From the IMG/VR virus record IMGVR_UViG_3300049215_000771, positions 124,001-188,000 of that record: a stretch of DNA of 64,000 bases, one strand, 5' to 3'. Under the pieces are notes generated by a model. It saw only the letters and a program-made list of their open reading frames with translations, ran no database searches and was not told the DNA's origin. This document shows, piece after piece, positions 34,891 through 44,217 of this stretch; positions within the stretch are counted from its first letter, which is position 1, and every line of letters begins with the position of its first letter. The position numbers were made by a program, and so were the translations under genes.

Positions 34891-36305
34891 ACGAGTACAT
34901 CAGCCCCGACAACCCCAACATTGAAAGTGACAAGCCCATCGACCAGATGACCAACTTCGAGAAGGTCGTCGAGATCGCCAAGAAGGTCAAGCTGGATTGG
35001 GTCGAGAAAACCGACCGGGGCGACATGCCTCCCACTGTATTCGTTGAGCGTGGCAACGACGTTGTTGCCATCGTCATGGCCCCACAAGTGGACAGGGACG
35101 CCGCCCTTATCGCCGCTGCTCACTGTCGGAAGGGATTCAAGGCTACTGCCATGACCCTCATCATGGACGCCCATGTTCGCATGGAGAAGATGCCGGAAGG
35201 CGTCAAGGACTTGGAGGAAGCCGAAAAAATGAGCGACTTCCTCAAGAAGTACAAGCACGGCGACATGCAGAAGGCGTGTGACGAGGAGGGAGCCTGTGAG
35301 CGTGGCGACATCGCCGACTGCCTCATCTGCACCCGTATCGACGACCAGGACAACAAGAAGTGCTGGATCATGCCGTATTCCTACCACGGCAAGAAGGAAG
35401 GCAAGCCGGTTGGCGGTCCCTTCAAGTGGATGCCCGAACATCCGGCCACTGAACTCTACAACAAGGATGACGGCAAATCTCAATGGAGCGGCTACGTTTT
35501 CGAGTCTCTACAAGAGATCATGAAGATGCCGGCGCTCCTGGACGAAGATCACCAACTCATCAACCTGCTCAAGAAGGCCGGCGAAGACCTGGGAGGCGAC
35601 AAGCAGCAGTACCATGTTGGTCGGGCTATTCTTCGTGTCCTCCAGGAGAAAGGGTACTCCGTCCTGGATTTGCAGAAGCACCCGGACACCGGAGAAGTCG
35701 AGCCAATCATGCCTCTCGAACCTACTGTCTCGCTTCGTGACCTGATCCCGGAGGACGCCGGGCGTGCCATCGGCAAACTCCTCAAGGAAATCGACGAACC
35801 GGAAGAACTGAAGGTGAAGATCGTCGAAGTCCTCAAGCCGCATCAAGAAGCCATCAACGCCGCCGCCGAGAAGCATGAGATCGACCTGAAATCGGTCGAT
35901 GCCGACTTCATCGCCGAGCAAATCGCCGCCTCGCTGAAAGCCTTCAAGAAGCACAAGGCCGGGCGTCCGAAGCCGCCATTCAAGGTGAAGGTCTGGAACG
36001 GCGACCAAAGCAAGTACCTGGGTGAAGGAACCTACGTCGGCGACGTGCCGGTGTATTTCATCGCCATGCCGGATGGCTCGATTCGCTCCGCTGCCAATGC
36101 CGAGGAACGCCCCAGCGACCAGATGATCGCCGAAATGGGCGGCGAACTGATTGAGGCCGGCGACAACCCCAAGATCGTCATGGACGAACCCATCGACGAA
36201 GATGGCCGCAATGTCGTCTACGGCTGCCAGGTGTGGTGGCAACCCGCTGACGAGCCGGCCCATCACGAACATCACGAGGGCTGTGGCTGTGGGCACGACC
36301 ACTAA
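34887..36305 (+). CDS. multidomain hypothetical protein with His/Cys-rich tail (472 aa)
   Basis: ATGA coupling; C-terminus HHEHHEGCGCGHDH. Confidence 0.8.
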   Translation: MNEYISPDNPNIESDKPIDQMTNFEKVVEIAKKVKLDWVEKTDRGDMPPTVFVERGNDVVAIVMAPQVDRDAALIAAAHCRKGFKATAMTLIMDAHVRMEKMPEGVKDLEEAEKMSDFLKKYKHGDMQKACDEEGACERGDIADCLICTRIDDQDNKKCWIMPYSYHGKKEGKPVGGPFKWMPEHPATELYNKDDGKSQWSGYVFESLQEIMKMPALLDEDHQLINLLKKAGEDLGGDKQQYHVGRAILRVLQEKGYSVLDLQKHPDTGEVEPIMPLEPTVSLRDLIPEDAGRAIGKLLKEIDEPEELKVKIVEVLKPHQEAINAAAEKHEIDLKSVDADFIAEQIAASLKAFKKHKAGRPKPPFKVKVWNGDQSKYLGEGTYVGDVPVYFIAMPDGSIRSAANAEERPSDQMIAEMGGELIEAGDNPKIVMDEPIDEDGRNVVYGCQVWWQPADEPAHHEHHEGCGCGHDH

Positions 36306-36573
36306 GAAGAAGGTGTGGGTGAAGGAAACCCCACTGGAAGAAGGCTTGTACTGGATCAAGTACAAGAAAGGCGGCAACCGTGGCATTTGTGTTACGGTTG
36401 CCGATGTCACCCGTGTCAAACAGGAAGTGTTGGTCAAAACCTTCCGCAATGATGAGTTCTTCGAGGGGCCAGGTCACGGCGGACCTGGCCTCAAATGGGT
36501 GGATCGTTACTCTGGTAAGGTGAAGTATGACCGTTCCATCAGGTTCGGTCCCAAACTGGAGCCGCCAGAATGA
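36289..36573 (+). CDS. hypothetical protein
   Basis: Start uncertain (GTG). Confidence 0.55.
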   Translation: MGTTTKKKVWVKETPLEEGLYWIKYKKGGNRGICVTVADVTRVKQEVLVKTFRNDEFFEGPGHGGPGLKWVDRYSGKVKYDRSIRFGPKLEPPE

Positions 36574-36806
36574 CGAGAAAGACCGATCAGGAGATACTGA
36601 GGGAGTATCTGGAACTTTACGAGCGCCCGTATCCAACCGACAAAGGGATTGAGCAGGCACTTCTTAGTTTGGTTGAAGGGTGTCGGAAAGACGAGCCGAG
36701 GATTAACTGCGGTGCCCATCTTATCGACTACACAATGATTTGTGACGAGGACGATACGATGGACACATTCTATGGCCCCGACTACTTCGAGAAGTATCCA
36801 TGTTGA
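36570..36806 (+). CDS. hypothetical protein
   Basis: ATGA coupling. Confidence 0.65.
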   Translation: MTRKTDQEILREYLELYERPYPTDKGIEQALLSLVEGCRKDEPRINCGAHLIDYTMICDEDDTMDTFYGPDYFEKYPC

Positions 36807-37129
36807 TGAACAGTGCAATCATCGGTAAAGACCCCAACGGTCGATACTGGTTCAAGTCCGACCACGCCCTCACCGACATCACCGACGCCAAGGATTTCTA
36901 CGTTGAGCAGGAGGGTATCTGGCGATGGAAACGCTGGCGGCTTACTGCCGTGTTCGTCAAGCGAGAATCCTACTACCGTGATGCCGACAATCAGCGTGGG
37001 TATGTTCCCGCCATCGAGGAGCATGAAGTGTTGGGATATTACGACCGGCCCAACGCTGCAAGCATGGCCCTCGAACAACTCATGAGGATCAGGGAAATCC
37101 ACGAAATCGACCCCCTGACAGGCAAATGA
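36800..37129 (+). CDS. hypothetical protein
   Basis: ORF in operon. Confidence 0.7.
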   Translation: MLMNSAIIGKDPNGRYWFKSDHALTDITDAKDFYVEQEGIWRWKRWRLTAVFVKRESYYRDADNQRGYVPAIEEHEVLGYYDRPNAASMALEQLMRIREIHEIDPLTGK

Positions 37130-37368
37130 ATCAGCCATGCAACTTCGACCACAATGGCGAATGCCTGATTTGTGATTGCTGGATCGGTCAATGTGCTTGG
37201 GAGAGGTTGCTGAAAGCGGATTACACCTACGAGTCATATCGTGAACTATTGGAAATGTTCCAATATCATATGGCTCGTGCTGACATGCAACAACTTGTGG
37301 ATGCTCGTGACAATAAAGGCAATCCCAAGTTGTGGCGGTCAATAGATGCTGATTGGGACATGACATGA
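37126..37368 (+). CDS. hypothetical protein
   Basis: ATGA coupling. Confidence 0.65.
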   Translation: MNQPCNFDHNGECLICDCWIGQCAWERLLKADYTYESYRELLEMFQYHMARADMQQLVDARDNKGNPKLWRSIDADWDMT

Positions 37369-37649
37369 AAATCACCCCCAAACCTTCGCACATCACCGAG
37401 CGGGCGGCTGTGGACCCCGCCGTTGCCGAACAGGTGTGGCTGAAGGTTCTGCACGAGGAAGGTGAGATGCCGCCGATTCCCTGGGCGGCAGAAACCGACA
37501 TCCTGGGCCAGCGTTTCGTTGTTGGAATGGGCGTGCCTGAGTTTTACACTGTTTTCCCCTTGCCCTTTAGCGGACATATGGAAGAATGGCAGGTTATTCC
37601 GCCCATCAACTCGGCGGCAGATTTGCTCAAGGTGCTGAAGGGTGAATAA
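37365..37649 (+). CDS. hypothetical protein
   Basis: Coupled ORF. Confidence 0.65.
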   Translation: MKITPKPSHITERAAVDPAVAEQVWLKVLHEEGEMPPIPWAAETDILGQRFVVGMGVPEFYTVFPLPFSGHMEEWQVIPPINSAADLLKVLKGE

Positions 37650-37866
37650 AACATTAAAACAATACGCCATTTACGACCATCCCAAGGATCACCCCCATTT
37701 CTTTGTGGTGCGTGAATGGATCATTGGACCTGGTACTTGCACGCCTGGTCCAATGATTGCGCTGTGTGATACGCTTGAACAAGCACGTCGCAAAGTCCCG
37801 GAAGGATATTCATGTTTGCCTCGTTTCACCGAGGATGACCCGGTGATTGTGGAAGTTTGGATATAG
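37642..37866 (+). CDS. hypothetical phage protein
   Basis: YAIYDHPKDHP...DDPVIVEVWI. Confidence 0.7.
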   Translation: MNKTLKQYAIYDHPKDHPHFFVVREWIIGPGTCTPGPMIALCDTLEQARRKVPEGYSCLPRFTEDDPVIVEVWI

Positions 37867-37876
37867 GAGAGCTACC

Positions 37877-38140
37877 ATGAAAGTTTCAAAGGATTTGATC
37901 TGGCCCAGGGTGCTGAGGATCATGGAGGAAGGACTCGGTATCGACGAAGTGAACATGCACGGGGACATGACTCAAAATGGCATGGATTCTCTCGACGTGA
38001 TTGACTTGCAGTTTCGGGTCGAGAGGGAATTTGGCGTCACTATTCCCGATGAGGCCATGATGGAAATGAGGACGCCTGCCGATCTGGTGGACTGGCTGGA
38101 GAAATCTGAAAAAAAATCACCGGATTACTTTACAAATTAG
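37877..38140 (+). CDS. acpP: acyl carrier protein
   Basis: GMDSLDVIDL...EREFGVTIPDE...T..DLVDWL; phosphopantetheine Ser motif DSL; AGGAG SD. Confidence 0.9.
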   Translation: MKVSKDLIWPRVLRIMEEGLGIDEVNMHGDMTQNGMDSLDVIDLQFRVEREFGVTIPDEAMMEMRTPADLVDWLEKSEKKSPDYFTN

Positions 38141-38157
38141 GTTCGGCGACGTATTAT
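38129..38157 (+). promoter_or_regulatory. sigma70-type promoter
   Basis: TTTACA-N17-TATTAT. Confidence 0.75.
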
Positions 38158-38236
38158 ACCTGTGACGGCATGGCGCTGCCGGGTCAACGTGACCGAAAGC
38201 ACCGAAGATAGAAGTTTAGAAGAAGGAAGGTGTCAA

Positions 38237-39238
38237 GTGACCTACCAAGACCGTGTTGATGCTGCGCTCGCAGTCATCAGCGAACACAATGAAGCCCTGG
38301 GCGGCAAAGACAAGCCTGGTTTCATTGATCCCGATCAGTTCATCTCCTGCGTGAAGGCCAGTGGCGGAACCTCCGCTGACCGGCTGTCTCAACTGTCCCA
38401 CGAAGACATTCTCGAATGTCTGCCTGCTGTTCCTGGGCCTGGTGGCGCACAGGTGAAGCCTCGCATTCTGGCGAAGGCTATCGCTGGCGTGTTCCGTGCC
38501 AAGGAAAACGACCCCGAAGACCCCACCAAGAAGGAAGAGAAGCGCCCTGTGTCGGCGAAGAAAGCCGACCGCATGACGCCTCGTGAACTCGTTGAAGCCT
38601 TCGACCCCGAAGACTTCAACAACGCTGTGGGAACCCGTTTGGCCGTCGTCAGCAAGGGCGAACCCTTCATCGTCTACGCCAACGCTCGTGCCGTGGACGT
38701 GGAGACGACCCTGAAGCTGCTGATGGAAGTCAAGCAGGGCTACAAGGGCCGTGAAGACGTGGACGTGGGTGGGGCCGTGAAGAAGGTGTACAAGATCGGG
38801 CAACTCCCTGAGAACTACGCCGACGAGAACCCGCTCTACCGTGGCCGTCCGCTCCGTCCTGACGGAACGTGCGACCAACTCGGTCGTAGCTGGGAAGGTG
38901 TCGATCTCAACGTCCGGCAACTCATCCGTGTGGCGATGGACGAGGGCGAACTGCACGTCACGCACGAGCAGGCGCACAACATCCTCGACATGGTGATGGA
39001 GCCGAACGCCCTCGACAAGCTGCGCAAGCGCTATCGCAAGTCTGCCATCAAGTTCGACGAACTGGCGAAGACTGGCGACCTTCCGACGCTCAAGATCGAG
39101 TTGGGAGGAAGCGAAGGCAACGGCCCTTTCGCCGAGGGTAAGCGTGTGGTGTGGGCGCAGTCCCCTGCGGTCCCCAACGCTTACCTGAACCGTCCGCAGC
39201 GTCCGGGTGGAACGATGTCGTGGCACATCGCCAAGTAA
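38237..39238 (+). CDS. hypothetical protein (333 aa)
   Basis: GTG start after AAGGAAGG; strong codon bias. Confidence 0.8.
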   Translation: MTYQDRVDAALAVISEHNEALGGKDKPGFIDPDQFISCVKASGGTSADRLSQLSHEDILECLPAVPGPGGAQVKPRILAKAIAGVFRAKENDPEDPTKKEEKRPVSAKKADRMTPRELVEAFDPEDFNNAVGTRLAVVSKGEPFIVYANARAVDVETTLKLLMEVKQGYKGREDVDVGGAVKKVYKIGQLPENYADENPLYRGRPLRPDGTCDQLGRSWEGVDLNVRQLIRVAMDEGELHVTHEQAHNILDMVMEPNALDKLRKRYRKSAIKFDELAKTGDLPTLKIELGGSEGNGPFAEGKRVVWAQSPAVPNAYLNRPQRPGGTMSWHIAK

Positions 39239-39247
39239 ACACCCAAC

Positions 39248-39286
39248 AAATCCCAGCCGGTCAATCGTGTTGCCGGCTGGGATTTT
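39248..39286 (+). terminator. intrinsic terminator
   Basis: AAATCCCAGCCGG / CCGGCTGGGATTT 13-bp stem plus T-run. Confidence 0.8.
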
Positions 39287-39334
39287 CTTCCCATCAGGCG
39301 TAGAATTCAACAGTCTCAGAGAGGAATAACGGAA

Positions 39335-40384
39335 ATGAGCAAGCCGAAGACCAGAATCGCCATCATTCTCGACAAGTCGGGTTCGATGGCTGGAACGAAG
39401 CAACAGACCATCGAGGGGCTGAACGAGCAGATTCAGCAAGCCAAGCAGCGTGCCAAAGACCAAGACCTGCGCTGCTGTCTCGTCACCTTCGACGGTGAAG
39501 TGTACGAACATCTGTGGGACGTGCCCGCCGAGAAGCTGGTTGAAGCCAGCCCGGAAGACTACATCCCCAACGGCAGCACCAACTGGCACGATGCTGTCGG
39601 CTACACCATCCAGAAGTTGTTGGCTACGGCCACTCCCGACGACAAGGACACCGCCTACCTGGTGTATGTCATCTCGGATGGGCAGGCCAATGTTTTCACC
39701 GGCCATTGCACGCCGGATGCTGTGTCGGAACTGATCGAAGGAACCCAGGGCACCGGCAAGTGGACCTACACCTACATGGGCCACAACAAGGCATACCTGG
39801 AGCAACTGGCCCGCCAGACTGGTGTTCCTGTCAGCAATACCGCTGCCTGGGAGAACAAAACCAGGGGCGGCACGAAGCGAGCCTTCCAGCATCAGAACAT
39901 GCGTCTCAACAAGTTCCTGGATGAACGGGCGCTGGGCAAGGCTCAGTCGGCCAGCTACTCGGCCCCTGTGGGCGCTGCGTGTGCCGACTACACTGATGCC
40001 GCTGCTGCCCCGCCGTTGGAGGCTGCGGCTCCCGACTTGGCGGAAGTCAAGATCGGCAACGCCGCCATCAACCTGTGCGATGTTGTCAGCAAGATGGCGA
40101 AATACCAAAACGTCAACATTGAGGGTCGCACGCAACAGTACGACCCCAGCATGGGCGAAGTGGCGCTGTTCTCGAACACGGTCGGTGTCAAGTGGGGAGG
40201 CCAGGATGAACCTGCCGTCGCTGGCCTGGGTGTTCAGAACATGATGTTCGCCCAAGGCGCTCCCGCTGTCACTCCCACCCGCAATGTGGTCGGACTGACG
40301 CAAGCGCCCGCCGTGACGCCCACTGTGAAGCGTGGGAACCGTGGCAAGGTCACGCACAAGGTTACTCCACGCAAGAAGAAGTAA
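39335..40384 (+). CDS. von Willebrand factor A domain protein with low-complexity tail
   Basis: MIDAS motif ILDKSGSM...GSTNWHDA...ISDG; tail repeat APAVTPT twice. Confidence 0.9.
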   Translation: MSKPKTRIAIILDKSGSMAGTKQQTIEGLNEQIQQAKQRAKDQDLRCCLVTFDGEVYEHLWDVPAEKLVEASPEDYIPNGSTNWHDAVGYTIQKLLATATPDDKDTAYLVYVISDGQANVFTGHCTPDAVSELIEGTQGTGKWTYTYMGHNKAYLEQLARQTGVPVSNTAAWENKTRGGTKRAFQHQNMRLNKFLDERALGKAQSASYSAPVGAACADYTDAAAAPPLEAAAPDLAEVKIGNAAINLCDVVSKMAKYQNVNIEGRTQQYDPSMGEVALFSNTVGVKWGGQDEPAVAGLGVQNMMFAQGAPAVTPTRNVVGLTQAPAVTPTVKRGNRGKVTHKVTPRKKK

Positions 40385-40403
40385 CCTACCGCATTCCCCA
40401 ATG

Positions 40404-40439
40404 AGGGCTTGATGGGAAATTCCCATCAAGCCCTTTTTT
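40404..40439 (+). terminator. intrinsic terminator
   Basis: AGGGCTTGATGGGA-AAT-TCCCATCAAGCCCT followed by TTTTT. Confidence 0.9.
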
Positions 40440-40494
40440 GTTGCGAATTGCGTAGATAGTGTAGGATTACCAACAAGTCCAAGAATGGAGGAAA

Positions 40495-41220
40495 ATGTAC
40501 GCTCGACTCATCACAATAGCAACGTGCCTTATGTTGTTTCCCTTCCTGATTTTGACAGGATGTACAAACAAGGCACCCGAATGTAAACAACCCGGATGCA
40601 AGTACGTTTTTGAGCGTAAGGTGGAAAGTAATATCCCACCTGCACCGGAGCGGGTCGATTACGTTATGTTGTTGATTTCAGCAACAAGTCGCAATGACTC
40701 GCACTGTGCCGCCTTGTTTTGCAAAGTGAAGAATGACAAGGCAATCGAGTCCACTGCCATCAGTTGGATGCCAGCTACAAGAAGGACGGCAACTGGATTC
40801 AGGGCCGGCAATGTAGTTGAAGATGGTGTGAATCTCGATATTGCCTCAACAATGGCCTGGGCCAAGTCGAAAAATTGCACGATTGAACGGCATGGACCAT
40901 ATTACATCAAGGAAGAATTGTATACCCGTGCCAAGAAGCAAGAACAAAAACTGTGTCAGGGCAGCGTAAAATTCAAAAGCGCCGATACACCACAATCTCG
41001 CCAGGCTAACGCAGTCAACAATATCCACGCCATCAGCGATATGCTGTGCAATGGCGATCAGTTCGACAAGTATCTTGTTACCGGCAGAAGCCGGGGCCGG
41101 GACGCATCAGCCATCCTCAAGGTGTATTTCGACAAACGGGGTTATATCGAGGGCAAGTACAACAACGAGGCAGAACTGCTACGGGAATTTGATCTTACAG
41201 CAGTTCGCCGGCTCGATTAA
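40495..41220 (+). CDS. lipoprotein of unknown function
   Basis: Lipobox ILTGC; GGAGG SD. Confidence 0.75.
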   Translation: MYARLITIATCLMLFPFLILTGCTNKAPECKQPGCKYVFERKVESNIPPAPERVDYVMLLISATSRNDSHCAALFCKVKNDKAIESTAISWMPATRRTATGFRAGNVVEDGVNLDIASTMAWAKSKNCTIERHGPYYIKEELYTRAKKQEQKLCQGSVKFKSADTPQSRQANAVNNIHAISDMLCNGDQFDKYLVTGRSRGRDASAILKVYFDKRGYIEGKYNNEAELLREFDLTAVRRLD

Positions 41221-41232
41221 CCAATCACTTTC

Positions 41233-41264
41233 AGAAGGCAGCATCTCGCTGCCTTCTTTACTTT
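41233..41264 (+). terminator. intrinsic terminator
   Basis: AGAAGGCAGC-ATCTC-GCTGCCTTCT plus T-rich tail. Confidence 0.7.
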
Positions 41265-41290
41265 ACAGCCTCAAAGAAACGTGGTATCAT
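41262..41290 (+). promoter_or_regulatory. sigma70-type promoter
   Basis: TTTACA-N17-TATCAT with extended TG. Confidence 0.8.
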
Positions 41291-41310
41291 CGTAGGCACG
41301 GAGGTTATCC

Positions 41311-41814
41311 ATGCCCGTGTCGTTTACGAAAGTGAAGCTGCCTTTTGGCTGGCTCGGCAATATGGCCGGGTTCAAGCTGGAGTACGGCGGCAAGGAATGG
41401 CGCACTTCCGAGGCTCTTTTTCAAGCTCTTCGATTCGCTGATGAGGCGATCCGTGAGGAGATTCGCCTTGCAATCTCGCCCATGACGGCTAAGATGATTG
41501 CCAAGAAGCACGCCGATAAAATGGCGATTACGCCTATGTCGGCTGGCGATGTGGCGATCATGGAGCTAGTGCTTCGTCTCAAGCTGGATCAACACCCGCA
41601 CCTGAAGGCTGAACTCCTGGCAACTGGCGATGAAGTCATCATTGAAGATGTTACTAATCGTCCGAGCGGAGGTCGCCATATTTTTTGGGGGATGTCCAAA
41701 GCGTCTGGCGAGTGGGTCGGAGACAACACGCTGGGCAAACTGTGGATGAAAATAAGGAAGGAGTTGCAAGATGGAATCCGGTCTGATACTGGTTCCTCAG
41801 CCGGCGCAGTATAG
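41311..41814 (+). CDS. NADAR (YbiA/DUF1768) family protein
   Basis: FGWLGNM...WRTSEALFQA...SPMTAK...LRLKLDQHPHLKAELLATGDEVIIE...FWG...GDNTLGKLWMKIR. Confidence 0.92.
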   Translation: MPVSFTKVKLPFGWLGNMAGFKLEYGGKEWRTSEALFQALRFADEAIREEIRLAISPMTAKMIAKKHADKMAITPMSAGDVAIMELVLRLKLDQHPHLKAELLATGDEVIIEDVTNRPSGGRHIFWGMSKASGEWVGDNTLGKLWMKIRKELQDGIRSDTGSSAGAV

Positions 41815-42322
41815 GACTGTGTTCCTGGGGACGAAGCGACGCAGGCTTTTCTTTCCGCACAGCCTTTTCGCCATTCATTACATCAAGGGGGCGGGTCGGC
41901 GATACACTATGCAGCGCCTCCAGGTTGCCTTCTCGCAACAGCCGATTACCGGCAAGAACGATAAGGCTAAGTTGTACGGAATCCCTCTCAGCAATGCGGA
42001 CGGTGGATTCAACATCTGCCTTTATACCGGAGCAGAAGCCGACAGCCTGAAGGAATTGGCCCGTGAAGCGATCAAGGTTTACTGGTCCACTTCCTTCCAG
42101 AAGTGCTACGACGACTACTACTATTGGGTTCGCCGGTATACCAGGTCCGGCGTGGCGAAGAAGTGGTACGCCGATCCAGAATTCATCATGACCGCTGAGT
42201 TGCGACAGGCCGATTACATCATGGATGTCGGCAAATTGAAGTCTGCGGTCAGGGCCAAGGTCACAGTAATACCAAGCGTGACTGAGAAGGTCAAGTTGAA
42301 GCTACCCAAGGTCAAGAAGTGA
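41771..42322 (+). CDS. Prok-E2_D-like (E2-fold) protein, paralog 1
   Basis: FPHSLF...LYGIPLSNADGGFNICL...YWSTSF. Confidence 0.5.
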   Translation: MESGLILVPQPAQYRTVFLGTKRRRLFFPHSLFAIHYIKGAGRRYTMQRLQVAFSQQPITGKNDKAKLYGIPLSNADGGFNICLYTGAEADSLKELAREAIKVYWSTSFQKCYDDYYYWVRRYTRSGVAKKWYADPEFIMTAELRQADYIMDVGKLKSAVRAKVTVIPSVTEKVKLKLPKVKK

Positions 42323-42612
42323 AAGTTCACATAATTCAACTTCTGTGCCCTCAACGCCATGCGATCTTTGCTGTCGCTTACGAACACCCTGACTTGAGCG
42401 ACGAAGATGGCATGAAATCGGCTGAGGCAACATGGAAGTTGATGTTGGAATCGGGGTTCAATCCCTGGTGTGCGTTGTGTGATAGCAGGGAGTTGAAGTT
42501 TGAGATAGGGATCAGTAAGTTTGTCACGATGAAGGAAGCGTTCCCTCATCTGAAGCAAACCGAAATCGACAACATGCGGACCCGAATGCGTCTTCTGGCA
42601 GAGAGGAACTAG
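42319..42612 (+). CDS. hypothetical protein
   Basis: GTGA coupling. Confidence 0.65.
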   Translation: MKVHIIQLLCPQRHAIFAVAYEHPDLSDEDGMKSAEATWKLMLESGFNPWCALCDSRELKFEIGISKFVTMKEAFPHLKQTEIDNMRTRMRLLAERN

Positions 42613-42614
42613 CA

Positions 42615-43352
42615 ATGGGCGGACTTCGTTCCAATTTCCAACACCACGGCAAGGTCATTGCCTCCACGCCGCCGCAGGTGCGGACAATCTTCTGGAATGG
42701 CAACAGCAGGGGAGAGCAGTTCATCTTCCCGCACACACTGTTCGTGGCGTACTACACCCGCAATGAAGGCGGGCATAAAGCCAAATACTGGCTCAACCGG
42801 CTGCATGTCGGTTTCAGCCTCAATCCCATCGACCTGAAGAACGATCAGCAGCCCATTTACGGGTTGCCGCTCGCCAACACCGATGTCGGAAACGCCATCT
42901 GTTTCTACCAGTGGCCGGTCAGCGAAGACCCCCTGGACTTCATGAAACAGGTGATCTCGCAATACTGGCTCTCTCCGTTCACCGACTACGGAGACAGCTT
43001 CTCGCACTGGCTCAACACCTACAACGTCACTTCCGACAGGGTGAGTCGTCCCGGCACTTTCCGGGAAGACTGGAAGCGGGCTACGGCCCGTCGTGACTGG
43101 CAGTGGTTGTGGAAACAGAACCTCTACCAAGCACCCTACTGCGTCAACCTGCGTCAGACGTTGCTTTCCAACAAGACGCAAACGGACGAGACGGATTGGT
43201 TCCCGAACCTGGGCGTGCCAGTGCCGAGGGAACTGATCCAACGGCTCGCCGAGCAGAAGTGGAACGAGGCCGGCTGTCCCGATGGCGACGACAATCGTTT
43301 TTGGCTCGCTGCCGAGAAGGAGTTGAAAGAACAACTCCACGCCTTCAAATGA
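42615..43352 (+). CDS. Prok-E2_D-like protein, paralog 2, with C-terminal DUF2934-like domain
   Basis: FPHTLF...IYGLPLANTDVGNAICF...YWLSPF; tail IQRLAEQKWNEAGCPDGDDNRFWLAAEKEL. Confidence 0.55.
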   Translation: MGGLRSNFQHHGKVIASTPPQVRTIFWNGNSRGEQFIFPHTLFVAYYTRNEGGHKAKYWLNRLHVGFSLNPIDLKNDQQPIYGLPLANTDVGNAICFYQWPVSEDPLDFMKQVISQYWLSPFTDYGDSFSHWLNTYNVTSDRVSRPGTFREDWKRATARRDWQWLWKQNLYQAPYCVNLRQTLLSNKTQTDETDWFPNLGVPVPRELIQRLAEQKWNEAGCPDGDDNRFWLAAEKELKEQLHAFK

Positions 43353-43359
43353 GGGTCCA

Positions 43360-43686
43360 ATGAAAACCAAAGTCCCGGATGATGTTGTCCACCTGGAACT
43401 GTATGCCTGGGTGGGCGAGGATGAACATGGGTCTGGCAAGATCGGTCTGAAGCAGGCTGTTGTGCCGGCTGGTTGTGTGCCCCTGGTCGCTGTTGATGAT
43501 TTCAAGATCGACCAGGAATACGTCAAGCAAGCGTTGCAACATCAAGCCAACGTGTACGGCAAAACCATCAGGCTGTGCCGGTTCGTTTTCGTCCAGGAGT
43601 TGGTGAAGATCGACCCGGAACCACCTGAGAAAAATCCGTTTGCCCCCAAAGAGCCGGCTCATGAAGACGCAGATGAGCGTTCTTGA
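43360..43686 (+). CDS. hypothetical phage protein
   Basis: GAGG SD. Confidence 0.7.
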   Translation: MKTKVPDDVVHLELYAWVGEDEHGSGKIGLKQAVVPAGCVPLVAVDDFKIDQEYVKQALQHQANVYGKTIRLCRFVFVQELVKIDPEPPEKNPFAPKEPAHEDADERS

Positions 43687-43855
43687 ATCCATCAACCTCG
43701 CCGTCGAGCAACAATTGTTGGATCGCAACAAGGAAGTTGTCGAGTATGTGCAAACCCATCGGTACAAAGACACCGATGGGTTTGCCGTCAATGATGTGGT
43801 ATTTTACGAGGAAAGTGACGACTGGTTCGACAACCTCATCTGGCAAAGGGAGTGA
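43661..43855 (+). CDS. hypothetical protein
   Basis: Start uncertain (43661 or 43673). Confidence 0.55.
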   Translation: MKTQMSVLESINLAVEQQLLDRNKEVVEYVQTHRYKDTDGFAVNDVVFYEESDDWFDNLIWQRE

Positions 43856-44217
43856 ACATGCTTCGTGAACCTGTTACCGGCGAGATCGAGCGAGAAGCAC
43901 AAACTCTCGCCAATAGCGACCCGGAGGGTGTTCGTCAAAAAATCATCAGGGCCAGGGCTGATGAAATTATCGCTCAACGTAAAGCCCTGGGTCTGCAAGC
44001 CATCGCCAAGATCGAAACTTACCAAAAGAACCTGGCCGGCATCAAACAAGCTGCCATGTTCGATGCTGACGGTAAGCCCATCGTCGTCGGTTTCACCGAG
44101 GGGCAGAACGCCCAGCGACAACAACTGAAAGACAACATCAGCAAACTCGAAGATGCTCTCCGGGAGGCTTTCGGCGAGAAGGCAAACTGGAAAGCCCTCG
44201 AAGACGCTATGGCGTGA
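43852..44217 (+). CDS. coiled-coil hypothetical protein
   Basis: GTGA coupling. Confidence 0.7.
   Translation: MNMLREPVTGEIEREAQTLANSDPEGVRQKIIRARADEIIAQRKALGLQAIAKIETYQKNLAGIKQAAMFDADGKPIVVGFTEGQNAQRQQLKDNISKLEDALREAFGEKANWKALEDAMA

Noticed and set aside
38216-40429. 737-aa minus-strand ORF
   Set aside because: Antisense shadow of two well-supported plus-strand genes with strong codon bias; no SD, and it crosses their terminator
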